Source: Nemertoderma westbladi (taxonomy: Eukaryota > Animalia > Xenacoelomorpha). From it: a DNA stretch of 64,000 nucleotides. The notes below the pieces were generated by a model that saw only the letters and a list, made by a program, of their open reading frames with translations, had not been told where the DNA came from and did not search any database. Both the position numbers and the translations under genes were made by a program. Below are positions 15,001 to 28,400 of this stretch, piece by piece. The stretch's first letter is position 1. The number at the start of each line of letters is the position of its first letter. The stretch is taken from NCBI GenBank assembly GCA_032718475.1, contig JAUCBJ010001674.1:21368-85367 (forward strand). The letters are read 5' to 3'.

Positions 15001-18000
15001 TGTAAATGTTGATAGGCTAAATGTTAATGTTGATAGGCTAAATGTTAATGTTGATAGGCTAAATGTTAATGTTGATAGGCTAAATGTTAATGTTGATAGG
15101 CTAAATGTTAATGTTGATAGGCTAAATGTTAATGTTGATAGGCTAAATGTTAATGTTGATGTTATGTTGATAGGCTAAATGTTAATGTTGATAGGCTAAA
15201 TGTAAATGTTGATAGGCTAAATGTTAATGTTGATAGGCTAAATGTTAATGTTGATAGGCTAAATGTAATGTTGATAGGCTAAATGTTAATGTTGATAGGC
15301 TAAATGTAAATGTTGATAGGCTAAATGTTAATGTTGATAGGCTAAATGTAAATGTTGATGTTATGTTGATAGGCTAAATGTAAATGTTGATAGGCTAAAT
15401 GTTAATGTTGATAGGCTAAATGTTAATGTTGATGTTATGTTGATAGGCTAAATGTTAATGTTGATAGGCTATATGTTAATATTGATAGGCTAAATGTAAA
15501 TGTTGATAGGCTAAATGTAAATGTTGATAGACTAAATGTTAATGTTGATGTTATGTTGATAGGCTAAATGTTAATGTTGATAGGCTAAATGTAAATGTTG
15601 ATAGGCTAAATGTTAATGTTGATAGGCTAAATGTTAATGTTGATGTTATGTTGATAGGCTAAATGTTAATGTTGATAGGCTAAATGTAAATGTTGATAGG
15701 CTAAATGTTAATGTTGATAGGCTAAATGTTAATGTTGATAGGCTAAATGTAAATGTTGATAGGCTAAATGTTAATGTTGATAGGCTAAATGTAAATGTTG
15801 ATGTTATGTTGATAGGCTAAATGTAAATGTTGATAGGCTAAATGTTAATGTTGATAGGCTAAATGTTAATGTTGATGTTATGTTGATAGGCTAAATGTTA
15901 ATGTTGATAGGCTAAATGTAAATGTTGATAGGCTAAATGTTAATGTTGATAGGCTAAATGTTAATGTTGATAGGCTAAATGTTAATGTTGATAGGCTAAA
16001 TGTTAATGTTGATAGGCTAAATGTAAATGTTGATAGGCTAAATGTTAATGTTGATAGGCTAAATGTAAATGTTGATAGGCTAAATGTTAATGTTGATAGG
16101 CTAAATGTTAATGTTGATAGGCTAAATGTTAATGTTGATAGGCTAAATGTAAATGTTGCTAGGCTAATGTTAATGTTGATAGGCTAAATGTTAATGTTGA
16201 TAGGCTAAATGTAAATGTTGATAGGCTAAATGTAAATGATGATAGGCTAAATGTTAATATTGATAGGCTAAATGTTAATGTTGATAGGCTAAATGTTAAT
16301 ATTGATAGGCTAAATGTTAATATTGATAGACTAAATGTTAATGTTGATAGGCTAAATGTAAATGTTGATAGGCTAAATGTAAATGTTGATAGGCTAAATG
16401 TAAATGTAGATAGGCTAAATGTTAATATTGATAGGCTAAATGTTAATGTTGATAGGCTAAATGTTAATGTTGATAGGCTAAATGTTAATGTTGATAGGCT
16501 AAATGTAAATGTTGATGTTATGTTGATAGGCTAAATGTAAATGTTGATAGGCTAAATGTAAATGTTGATAGGCTAAATGTAAATGTTGATAGGCTAAATG
16601 TAAATGTTGATAGGCTAAATGTAAATGTTGATAGGCTAAATGTAAATGTTGATAGGCTAAATGTAAATGTTGATAGGCTAAATGTAAATGTTGATAGGCT
16701 AAATGTAAATGTTGATAGGCTAAATGTAAATGTTGATAGGCTAAATGTAAATGTTGATAGGCTAAATGTTAATGTTGATAGGCTAAATGTAAATGTTGAT
16801 AGGCTAAATGTAAATGTTGATAGGCTAAATGTAAATGTAGATAGGCTAAATGTTAATATTGATAGGCTAAATGTTAATGTTGATAGGCTAAATGTTAATG
16901 TTGATAGGCTAAATGTTAATGTTGATAGGCTAAATGTAAATGTTGATGTTATGTTGATAGGATAAATGTAAATGTTGATAGGCTAAATGTAAATGTTGAT
17001 AGGCTAAATGTAAATGTTGATAGGCTAAATGTAAATGTTGATAGGCTAAATGTAAATGTTGATAGGCTAAATGTAAATGTTGATAGGCTAAATGTAAATG
17101 TTGATAGGCTAAATGTAAATGTTGATAGGCTAAATGTAAATGTTGATAGGCTAAATGTAAATGTTGATAGGCAAATGTAAATGTTGATAGGCTAAATGTA
17201 AATGTTGATAGGCTAAATGTTAATGTTGATAGGCTAAATGTTAATGTTGATAGGCTAAATGTTAATGTTGATAGGCTAAATGTTAATGTTGATAGGCTAA
17301 ATGTTAATGTTGATAGGCTAAATGTAAATGTTGATGTTATGTTGATAGGCTAAATGTTAATGTTGATGTTATGTTGATAGGCTAAATGTAAATGTTGATA
17401 GGCTAAATGTAAATGTTGATAGGCTAAATGTTAATGTTGATAGGCTAAATGTTAATGTTGATAGGCTAAATGTTAATGTTGATAGGCTAAATGTTAATGT
17501 TGATAGGCTAAATGTAAATGTTGATAGGCTAAATGTAAATGTTGATAGGCTAAATGTAAATGTTGATAGGCTAAATGTAAATGTTGATAGGCTAAATGTA
17601 AATGTTGATAGGCTAAATGTTAATGTTGATAGGCTAAATGTAAATGTTGATGTTATGTTGATAGGCTAAATGTTAATGTTGATAGGCTAAATGTAAATGT
17701 TGATAGGCTAAATGTTAATGTTGATAGGCTAAATGTTAATGTTGATAGGCTAAATGTAAATGTTGATAGGCTAAATGTAAATGTTGATAGGCTAAATGTT
17801 AATGTTGATAGGCTAAATGTAAATGTTGATAGGCTAAATGTTAATGTTGATAGGCTAAATGTAAATGTTGATAGGCTAAATGTTAATGTTGATAGGCTAA
17901 ATGTAAATGTTGATGTTATGTTGATAGGCTAAATGTAAATGTTGATAGGCTAAATGTAAATGTTGATAGGCTAAATGTAAATGTTGATAGGCTAAATGTA

Positions 18001-18603
18001 AATGTTGATAGGCTAAATGTTAATGTTGATAGGCTAAATGTTAATGTTGATAGGCTAAATGTTAATGTTGATAGGCTAAATGTTAATGTTGATAGGCTAA
18101 ATGTTAATGTTGATAGGCTAAATGTTAATGTTGATAGGCTAAATGTTAATGTTGATAGGCTAAATGTAAATGTTGATGTTATGTTGATAGGCTAAATGTT
18201 AATGTTGATGTTATGTTGATAGGCTAAATGTAAATGTTGATAGGCTAAATGTAAATGTTGATAGGCTAAATGTTAATGTTGATAGGCTAAATGTTAATTT
18301 TGATAGGCTAAATGTTAATGTTGATAGGCTAAATGTTAATGTTGATAGGCTAAATGTAAATGTTGATAGGCTAAATGTAAATGTTGATAGGCTAAATGTT
18401 AATGTTGATAGGCTAAATGTAAATGTTGATAGGCTAAATGCAAATGTTGATAGGCTAAATGTAAATGTTGATAGGCTAAATGTTAATGTTGATAGGCTAA
18501 ATGTTAATGTTGATAGGCTAAATGTAAATGTTGATAGGCTAAATATAAATGTTGATAGGCTAAATGTTAATGTTGATGTTATGTTGATAGACTAAATGTT
18601 AAT
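1..18603. repeat. 21-bp satellite array, unit TGTTGATAGGCTAAATGT(T/A)AA, with a recurrent 31-bp variant (extra GTTATGTTGA); runs off the left edge
   Basis: Continuous head-to-tail repetition seen directly; ends abruptly at about 18603 before unique sequence. Rare variants (ggctcaat, ggccaat, tagact, aatatt) recur in blocks. Confidence 0.98.
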
Positions 18604-19072
18604 AATGTTGCTTTGTAAATATTGTGTGATTGTCATTTTGTGGGCCACCGTAAAGATTTACTTTGCTAATCAACACAAACGAAAGTAAGTTCTAAACAAA
18701 GTACTTACGGTTTATAGAGAAGATAATTAATAATTAAAGGAAACATAATATTTGTCACTATATATATTACAGTGTATCATCTTCGCTGAAATTTACACAG
18801 AATATATTGTATCTACATCGTCAACTATTGTAATTCATTTACTTAAATATAAAAATAATTCCATGAGTTTATAAATAACTATTTCAAAAACGTATTGTAT
18901 CATTTACTATCCGCATATGCATTGGGCCCCAGGGAGACTAAACTGTTTGTATATTTCAGTTAATACAATGGCTGAGATAACCGCATTAAAACAAATCACT
19001 CAAAATACTACCAAACAATCAATGCACCACTACTAAAAATTAGTGAACTAAGTGAAGTTGTCGCTAGTGACG

Positions 19073-19207
19073 TCACAGATCCATTAGCAATATGGTTGGG
19101 TCTTCCACTGCAGACTTGATCTTCTTTAGGAAGGTAACTGCCTCGCGGCCATCTATTAGTCTGTGGTCGTAGGTCAATGCGAGATACATCATTGGGCGAA
19201 TAACAAC
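19073..19207 (-). CDS. DLST: DLST (dihydrolipoamide S-succinyltransferase) terminal coding exon: [44 protein letters not shown]
   Basis: Manual translation of the minus strand. It contains the catalytic DHRLIDG motif and the typical E2o C-terminus. Acceptor ...ttctattag at 19208-19209 and TGA at 19073-19075; 135 nt, phase 0. Confidence 0.95.
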   Translation of the reverse strand, partial: VVIRPMMYLALTYDHRLIDGREAVTFLKKIKSAVEDPTILLMDL

Positions 19208-19237
19208 CTAATAGAAACAGCTAGCTGTTAGCGCTGA

Positions 19238-22200
19238 TACATAACAGAGGCGCGTATAGATAACAGAGTCGCGTATAGATAACAGAGGCCGTATAGATAA
19301 CAGAGGCGCGTATAGATAACAGAGGCGGGTATAGATAACAGAGTCGCGTATAGATAACAGAGGCCGTATAGATAACAGAGGCGCGTATAGATAACAGAGG
19401 CGGGTATAGATAACAGAGGCGCGTATAGATAACAGAGGGGCGTATAGATAACAGAGGCGGGTATAGATAACAGAGGCGGGTATAGATAACAGAGGGGCGT
19501 ATAGATAACAGAGGCGGGTATAGATAACAGAGGCGGGTATAGATAACAGAGGCGGGTATAGATAACAGAGGCGGGTATAGATAACAGAGTCGGGTATAGA
19601 TAACAGAGGCCGTATAGATAACAGAGGCGGGTATAGATAACAGAGGCGCGTATAGATAACAGAGGCGGGTATAGATAACAGAGGCGGGTATAGATAACAG
19701 AGGCCGTATAGATAACAGAGGCGGGTATAGATAACAGAGGCGGGTATAGATAACAGAGGCGGGTATAGATAACAGAGGCGCGTATAGATAACAGAGGCGG
19801 GTATAGATAACAGAGGCGGGTATAGATAACAGAGGCGGGTATAGATAACAGAGCGGTATAGATAACAGAGGCGTATAGATAACAGAGGCGGCGTATAGAT
19901 AACAGAGGCGGGTATAGATAACAGAGGCGGGTATAGATAACAGAGGGGCGTATAGATAACAGAGGCGGGTATAGATAACAGAGGCGGGTATAGATAACAG
20001 AGGCGGCGTATAGATAACAGAGGCGGGTATAGATAACAGAGGCGGGTATAGATAACAGAGGCGGGTATAGATAACAGAGGCGGGTATAGATAACAGAGGC
20101 GGGTATAGATAACAGAGGCGCGTATAGATAACAGAGGCGGGTATAGATAACAGAGGCGCGTATAGATAACAGAGGCGCGTATAGATAACAGAGGCGGGTA
20201 TAGATAACAGAGGCGGGTATAGATAACAGAGGCGCGTATAGATAACAGAGGCGGGTATAGATAACAGAGGCGGGTATAGATAACAGAGGCGGGTATAGAT
20301 AACAGAGGCGGGTATAGATAACAGAGGCGGGTATAGATAACAGAGGCGGGTATAGATAACAGAGGCGGGTATAGATAACAGAGGCGGGTATAGATAACAG
20401 AGGCGGCGTATAGATAACAGAGGCGGGTATAGATAACAGAGGCGGGTATAGATAACAGAGGCGGCGTATAGATAACAGAGGCGGGTATAGATAACAGAGG
20501 CGGGTATAGATAACAGAGGCGGGTATAGATAACAGAGGCGGGTATAGATAACAGAGGCGCGTATAGATAACAGAGGCGCGTATAGATAACAGAGGCGCGT
20601 ATAGATAACAGAGGCGGGTATAGATAACAGAGGCGGGTATAGATAACAGAGGCGGGTATAGATAACAGAGGCGGGTATAGATAACAGAGGCGGGTATAGA
20701 TAACAGAGGCGGGTATAGATAACAGAGGCCGTATAGATAACAGAGGCGGGTATAGATAACAGAGGCGCGTATAGATAACAGAGGCGGGTATAGATAACAG
20801 AGGCGGGTATAGATAACAGAGGCGGCGTATAGATAACAGAGGCGGGTATAGATAACAGAGGCGGGTATAGATAACAGAGGCGGGTATAGATAACAGAGGC
20901 GGGTATAGATAACAGAGGCGCGTATAGATAACAGAGGCGGGTATAGATAACAGAGGCGGGTATAGATAACAGAGGCGGGTATAGATAACAGAGGCGGGTA
21001 TAGATAACAGAGGCGGGTATAGATAACAGAGGCGGGTATAGATAACAGAGGCGGGTATAGATAACAGAGGCGGGTATAGATAACAGAGGCGGCGTATAGA
21101 TAACAGAGGCGGGTATAGATAACAGAGGCGCGTATAGATAACAGAGGCGGGTATAGATAACAGAGGCGGGTATAGATAACAGAGGCGCGTATAGATAACA
21201 GAGGCGGGTATAGATAACAGAGGCGGGTATAGATAACAGAGGCGGGTATAGATAACAGAGGCGGGTATAGATAACAGAGGCGCGTATAGATAACAGAGGG
21301 GCGTATAGATAACAGAGGCGGGTATAGATAACAGAGGCGGGTATAGATAACAGAGGCGGGTATAGATAACAGAGGCGGGTATAGATAACAGAGGCGGGTA
21401 TAGATAACAGAGGGGCGTATAGATAACAGAGGCGGGTATAGATAACAGAGGCGCGTATAGATAACAGAGGGGCGTATAGATAACAGAGGCGGGTATAGAT
21501 AACATAGGCGGGTATAGATAACAGAGGCGGGTATAGATAACAGAGGCGGGTATAGATAACAGAGGCGGGTATAGATAACAGAGGCGGGTATAGATAACAG
21601 AGGCGGGTATAGATAACAGAGGGGCGTATAGATAACAGAGGCGGGTATAGATAACAGAGGCGCGTATAGATAACAGAGGGGCGTATAGATAACAGAGGCG
21701 GGTATAGATAACAGAGGCGGGTATAGATAACAGAGGCGGGTATAGATAACAGAGGCGGGTATAGATAACAGAGGGGCGTATAGATAACAGAGGCGCGTAT
21801 AGATAACAGAGGCGGGTATAGATAACAGAGGCGGGTATAGATAACAGAGGCGGGTATAGATAACAGAGGCACGTATAGATAACAGAGGCGGGTATAGATA
21901 ACAGAGGCGGGTATAGATAACAGAGGCGCGTATAGATAACAGAGGCGGGTATAGATAACAGAGGCGCGTATAGATAACAGAGGCGCGTATAGATAACAGA
22001 TGGGCGTATAGATAACAGAGGCGCGTATAGATAACAGAGGCGCGTATGGATAACAGAGGGGCGTATAGATAACAGAGGGGCGTATAGATAACAGAGGCGG
22101 GTATAGATAACAGAGGCGGGTATAGATAACAGAGGCGGGTATAGATAACAGAGGCGGGTATAGATAACAGAGGGGCGTATAGATAACAGAGGCGGGTATA

Positions 22201-23845
22201 GATAACAGAGGCGGGTATAGATAACAGAGGCGGGTATAGATAACAGAGGCGGGTATAGATAACAGAGGGGCGTATAGATAACAGAGGCGGGTATAGATAA
22301 CAGAGGCGGGTATAGATAACAGAGGCGGGTATAGATAACAGAGGCGGGTATAGATAACAGAGGCGGGTATAGATAACAGAGGCGGGTATAGATAACAGAG
22401 GGGCGTATAGATAACAGAGGCGGGTATAGATAACAGAGGCGGGTATAGATAACAGAGGCGGGTATAGATAACAGATGGGCGTATAGATAACAGAGGCGCG
22501 TATAGATAACAGAGGCGCGTATAGATAACAGAGGCGGGTATAGATAACAGAGGCGCGTATAGATAACAGAGGCGCGTATAGATAACAGATGGGCGTATAG
22601 ATAACAGAGGCGGGTATAGATAACAGAGGCGCGTATAGATAACAGAGGGGCGTATAGATAACAGAGGCGGGTATAGATAACAGAGGCGGGTATAGATAAC
22701 AGAGGCGGGTATAGATAACAGAGGCGGGTATAGATAACAGAGGCGCGTATAGATAACAGAGGGGCGTATAGATAACAGAGGCGGGTATAGATAACAGAGG
22801 CGGGTATAGATAACAGAGGCGGGTATAGATAACAGAGGCGGGTATAGATAACAGAGGCGGGTATAGATAACTGAGGCGGGTATAGATAACAGAGGCGGGT
22901 ATAGATAACAGAGGCGCGTATAGATAACAGAGGCGCGTATAGATAACAGAGGCGCGTATAGATAACAGAGGCGCGTATAGATAACAGAGGCGGGTATAGA
23001 TAACAGAGGCGCGTATAACAGAGGCGCGTATAACAGAGGCGCGTATAGATAACAGAGGCGGGTATAGATAACAGAGGCGGGTATAGATAACAGAGGCGGG
23101 TATAGATAACAGAGGCGGGTATAGATAACAGAGGCGGGTATAGATAACAGAGGCGGGTATAGATAACAGAGGCGCGTATAGATAACAGAGGCGCGTATAG
23201 ATAACAGAGGCGCGTATAGATAACAGAGGCGCGTATAGATAACAGAGGCGGGTATAGATAACAGAGGCGCGTATAACAGAGGCGCGTATAACAGAGGCGC
23301 GTATAGATAACAGAGGCGGGTATAGATAACAGAGGCGGGTATAGATAACAGAGGGGCGTATAGATAACAGAGGCGGGTATAGATAACAGAGGCGGGTGTA
23401 GATAACAGAGGCGGGTATAACAGAGGCGCGTATAGATAACAGAGGCGCGTATAGATAACAGAGGGGCGTATAGATAACAGAGGCGGGTATAGATAACAGA
23501 TGGGCGTATAGATAACAGAGGCGCGTATAGATAACAGAGGGGCGTATAGATAACAGAGGCGGGTATAGATAACAGAGGCGGGTGTAGATAACAGAGGCGC
23601 GTATAACAGAGGCGCGTATAGATAACAGAGGCGCGTATAGATAACAGAGGCGCGTATAGATAACAGAGGCGCGTATAGATAACAGAGGCGCGTATAGATA
23701 ACAGAGGCGGGTATAGATAACAGAGGCGCGTATAACAGAGGCGCGTATAACAGAGGCGCGTATAGATAACAGAGGCGGGTATAGATAACAGAGGCGGGTG
23801 TAGATAACAGAGGCGGGTATAACAGAGGGGCGTATAGATAACAGA
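19238..23845. repeat. 19-bp intronic minisatellite, unit TATAGATAACAGAGGCG(G/C)G, about 240 copies, filling most of the last DLST intron (19208-23994)
   Basis: Period 19 seen directly; the spurious ORFs repeat every 19 aa (three units). The array starts about 30 nt from the acceptor. Confidence 0.97.
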
Positions 23846-23994
23846 AGCCACCGTTATAGAACCAGAGATAAAAGATATATCTGAAAATACTATCCTGTAT
23901 ATCTGCAATTTACATTCCCTTCACTCGCCACCAATCTATCGTAGATTTATACCATGACCAACAACTGTATATATTAGGTTATGTTTATACTTAC

Positions 23995-24162
23995 ATTCCC
24001 TTCTCTCGCTACCGGTCTATCCTGCACTGCATGCATCCCCAGGATGGCGCTCTGAGGTAGGTTTATTATCGGAGTACCGAACATTGACCCAAACACTCCG
24101 CCATTACTGATTGTGAAAGTGCCTCCCTCCATATCGTCCACCTCCAATGTGTTGGTTCGCGC
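23995..24162 (-). CDS. DLST: DLST internal exon: [56 protein letters not shown]
   Basis: Contains the [29 protein letters not shown] acyltransferase signature. Acceptor tttttag at 24163-24164 and donor gtaagt at 23989-23994; 168 nt, phase 0/0, joins the terminal exon in frame. Confidence 0.95.
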
Positions 24163-24229
24163 CTAAAAACAATCGGCATATAAAATTCGTATTGACAATG
24201 ATACAGGAATAGGAAACCAAACAAAAGCG

Positions 24230-24476
24230 ATTAGTGGGCGAGTCACGAAGTGAGCGAAGCCTTAGTATATGGGTGCCATTAACGAGTTGTCTGTCGTCGT
24301 CGCCGTAAATTTTTGATCGCTAATAACTCGGTCATTTCTAGATGAAAATAAACGAAACTTGGTACGTTTGTAGTCCGGCAAAAGTATAGAAAGAATCGGA
24401 AGTTTGGTAAAAACGAACGAACGACGAACGAACGAACGCAACGAGTTCACAGTGGATACGAGTATCCATCTGCCAT
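24230..24476 (+). mobile_element. Probable short non-autonomous Helentron/DINE-like element in a DLST intron
   Basis: GAGCGAAGC motif near the 5' end, (GTC)n/CTGTC microsatellite, (ACGA)n tract and a terminal hairpin TGGATAC-GA-GTATCCA. Family assigned by architecture only; boundaries approximate. Confidence 0.4.
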
Positions 24477-25305
24477 AAATCAGCAGCTACTCTCACAGTT
24501 TCGAGACTTTGCACAGTTATAAAGGTCGTTAGTCTCCGTTTAGGGAAATTATTTTAAGACAAAACAGGACGAGCGCAACGAGGCTAATGAAGGAGAAGAG
24601 TATTATAAAACTAAAAATGTCATACTTAACTTAAATAGCTCTATTTAGAAGGTTTACAAATGACAGTTAAAGTGTGTAAGGGCGGGCAAACTGATATGGA
24701 TCTTTATTTTTACAACTAGTTTATCACAAACTGATAGCATCGCCTTCACTCATATATATTTTGCGATTGACGGCTTTCGTATATCTAATAGGGATGAGTA
24801 TAATATACTTTCTAATATAGGCTCCAGTGCTGCACGAAGGCCTCACGAACGTGTTCTAACAGACAAGAAGTCAAAAACCTTAAAATATTGTCCCAACATA
24901 TAAATAACAATTCAATGAGACCCATAAAGTGCATGCAACAAAAGTTGCCAGTTAAAGACATTCACATGATCGGCAGGTTTCGAAGCAGCTGTGGGTTACA
25001 TGCTATATGGCACCAGTAGGGAATATATAAGCTCTAAAGGGAGAAGAAACATGTACCAAGAAAAGAAAGTTAGAAGCATAAGTAACTAACCACTGCACTG
25101 GGAAGCAAGACAACATACTTAGTACTTATTACTTTAATTTAAAATGATAGCAATTATTTAACTCATACCAGAGTGTGTTTGACGAACAACTTATTCAGTT
25201 GCGGCTGCGAACCTTACTACTCACTGGTGTATCATCATACTCAGTGTTAAAGGATATTAATTGATTGATCCATGTAGGTACCATGGCAACAATAAGGCAA
25301 CTAAC

Positions 25306-25463
25306 CTTGGCAACCAGGTCAGCGATAGCCTTCTCTATATTCACGTAGTTCATATTCTCAACATTTCTTACGACCGGAACCACAAGTCCTTTAGGGGCAG
25401 CAACAGCCACAGATATATCGATGTAATCCCGGTACACAATCTCATTGGAATCGTGGTCAATCA
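25306..25463 (-). CDS. DLST: DLST internal exon: (V)[52 protein letters not shown]
   Basis: Contains the [19 protein letters not shown] motif of E2o. Acceptor ttttttttctatag at 25464-25465 with a phase-1 start (TG ATT GAC); donor AAG|gttagt; 158 nt, joins the next exon in frame. Confidence 0.94.
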
Positions 25464-25482
25464 CTATAGAAAAAAAACGAAT

Positions 25483-28400
25483 ATTATTGGTTAATATCCC
25501 CTTTGATACTAACCTGCATTTACTATTGGTTAATCTTCCCTTTGATACTAATCTGCGTTTACTATTGGTTAATCTTTCCTGTGATACTAACCTGCGTTTA
25601 CTATTGGTTAATCTTCCCTTTGATACTAATCTGCGTTTACTATTGGTTAATCTTTCCTGTGATACTAACCTGCGTTTACTATTGGTTAATCTTCCCTTTG
25701 ATACTAATCTGCGTTTACTATTGGTTAATCTTTCCTGTGATACTAACCTGCGTTTACTATTGGTTAATCTTCCCTTTGATACTAACCTGCGTTTACTATT
25801 GGTTAATATTTCCTTTGATACTAACCTGCGTTTACTATTGGTTAATCTTTCCTTTGATACTAACCTGCGTTTACTATTGGTTAATCTCCCCTTTGATACT
25901 AACCTGCGTTTACTATTGGTTAATCTTCCCTTTGATACTAATCTGCGTTTACTATTGGTTAATCTTTCCTGTGATACTAACCTGCGTTTACTATTAGTTA
26001 ATCTTCCCTTTGATACTAATCTGCGTTTACTATTGGTTAATCTTTCCTGTGATACTAACCTGCGTTTACTATTGGTTAATCTTCCCTTTGATACTAATCT
26101 GCGTTTACTATTGGTTAATCTTCCCTTTGATACTAACCTGCGTTTACTATTGGTTAATCTTCCCTTTGATACTAATCTGCGTTTACTATTGGTTAATCTT
26201 TCCTGTGATACTAACCTGCGTTTACTATTGGTTAATCTTCCCTTTGATACTAATCTGCGTTTACTATTGGTTAATCTTCCCTTTGATACTAACCTGCGTT
26301 TACTATTGGTAAATCTTTCCTTTGATACTAACCTGCGTTTACTATTGGATAATCTTCCCTTTGATACTAATCGGCGTTTACTATTGGTTAATCGTTCCTT
26401 TGATACTAACCTGCATTTACTATTGGCTAATCTTCCCTTTGATACTAACCTGCGTTTACTATTAGTTAATCTTCCCATTGATACTAACCTGCGTTTACTA
26501 TTGGTTAATCGTTCCTTTGATACTAATCTGCGTTTACTATTGGTTAATCTTCCCTTTGACACTAACCTGCGTTTGCTATTGGTTAATCGTTCCTTTGATA
26601 CTAACCTGCGTTTACTATTGGATAATCTTCCCTTTGATACTAATCGGCGTTTACTATTGGTTAATCGTTCCTTTGATACTAACCTGCATTTACTATTGGC
26701 TAATCTTCCCTAAGATACTAACCTGCGTTTACTATTAGTTAATCTTCCCATTGATACTAACCTGCGTTTACTATTGGTTAATCGTTCCTTTGATACTAAC
26801 CTGCGTTTACTATTAGTTAATCTTTCCTTTGATACTAACCTGCGTTTAATATTGGTTAATCGTTCATTTGATACTAACCTGCGTTTACTATTGGTTAATC
26901 TTTCCTTTGATACTAACCTGCGTTTACTATTGGTTAATCTTCCCTTTGATACTAACCTGCGTTTACTATTGGTTAATCTTCCCTTTGATACTAACCTGCG
27001 TTTACTATTGGTTAATCTTCCCTTTGATACTAACCTGCGTTTACTATTGGTTAATCTTCCCTTTGATACTAACCTACGTTTACTATTGGCTATTCTTCCC
27101 TTTGATACTAACCTGCGTTTACTATTGGTTAATCTTCCCTTTGATACTAACCTGCGTTTACTATTGGTTAATCTTCCCTTTGATACTAACCTGCGTTTAC
27201 TATTGGTTAATCTTCCCTTTGATACTAACCTGCGTTTACTATTGGCTATTCTTCCCTTTGATACTAACCTGCGTTTACTATTGGCTATTCTTCCCTTTGA
27301 TACTAACCTGCGTTTACTATTGGTTAATCTTCCCTTTGATACTAACCTGCGTTTACTATTGGCTATTCTTCCCTTTGATACTAACCTGCGTTTACTATTG
27401 GTTAATCGTCCCTTTGATACTAACCTGCGTTTACTATTGGTTAATCTTTCCTGTGATACTAACCTGCGTTTACTATTGGTTAATCTTCCCTTTGATACTA
27501 ACCTGCGTTTACTATTGGCTAATCTTCCCTTTGATACTAACCTGCGTTTACTATTGGTTAATCTTCCCTTTGATACTAACCTGCGTTTACTATTGGTTAA
27601 TCGTTCCTTTGATACTAACCTGCGTTTACTATTGGTTAATCTTCCCTTTGATACTAACCTGCGTTTACTATTGGCTAATCTTCCCTTTGATACTAACCTG
27701 AGTTTACTATTGGTTAATCTTCCCCTTGATACTAACCTGCGTTTACTATTGGTTAATCTTTCCTTTGATACTAACCTGCGTTTACTATTGGTTAATCTTC
27801 CCTTTGATACTAACCTGCGTTTACTATTGGCTAATCTTCCCTTTGATACTAACCTGCGTTTATTATTGGTTAATCTTCCCTTTGATACTAACCTGCGTTT
27901 ACTATTGGTTAATCTTCCCTTTGATACTAACCTGCGTTTACTATTGGTTAATCGTTCCTTTGATACTAACCTGCGTTTACTATTGGTTAATCTCCCCTTT
28001 GATACTAACCTGTGTTTACTATTGGTTAATCTTCCTTTTGATACTAACCTGCGTTTACTATTGGTTAATCTTCCCTTTGATACTAACCTGCGTTTACTAT
28101 TGGTTAATCTTCCCTTTGATACTAACCTGCGTTTACTATTGGTTAATCGTTCCTTTGATACTAACCTGCATTTACTATTGGCTAATCTTCCCTTTGATAC
28201 TAACCTGCGTTTACTATTAGTTAATCTTCCCTTTGATTCTAACCTGCGTTTACTATTGGTTAATCTTCCCTTTGATACTAACCTGCGTTTACTATTGGTT
28301 AATCTTCCCTTTGATACTAACCTGCGTTTACTATTGGTTAATCTTTCCTTTGATACTAACCTGCGTTTACTATTGGTTAATCTTCCCTTTGATACTAATC

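Noticed and set aside
1-18603. Telomeric repeat or CRISPR array interpretation of the tandem arrays
   Set aside because: No unique spacers and no cas genes; the context is eukaryotic with spliceosomal introns; the unit is not a known short telomeric motif, and the chromosome end cannot be seen here.
19208-23908. 1566-aa and 883-aa ORFs (LCYLYPPLLSIPASVIYTR repeats)
   Set aside because: They arise from a stop-free 19-bp repeat inside a canonical GT-AG intron of DLST.
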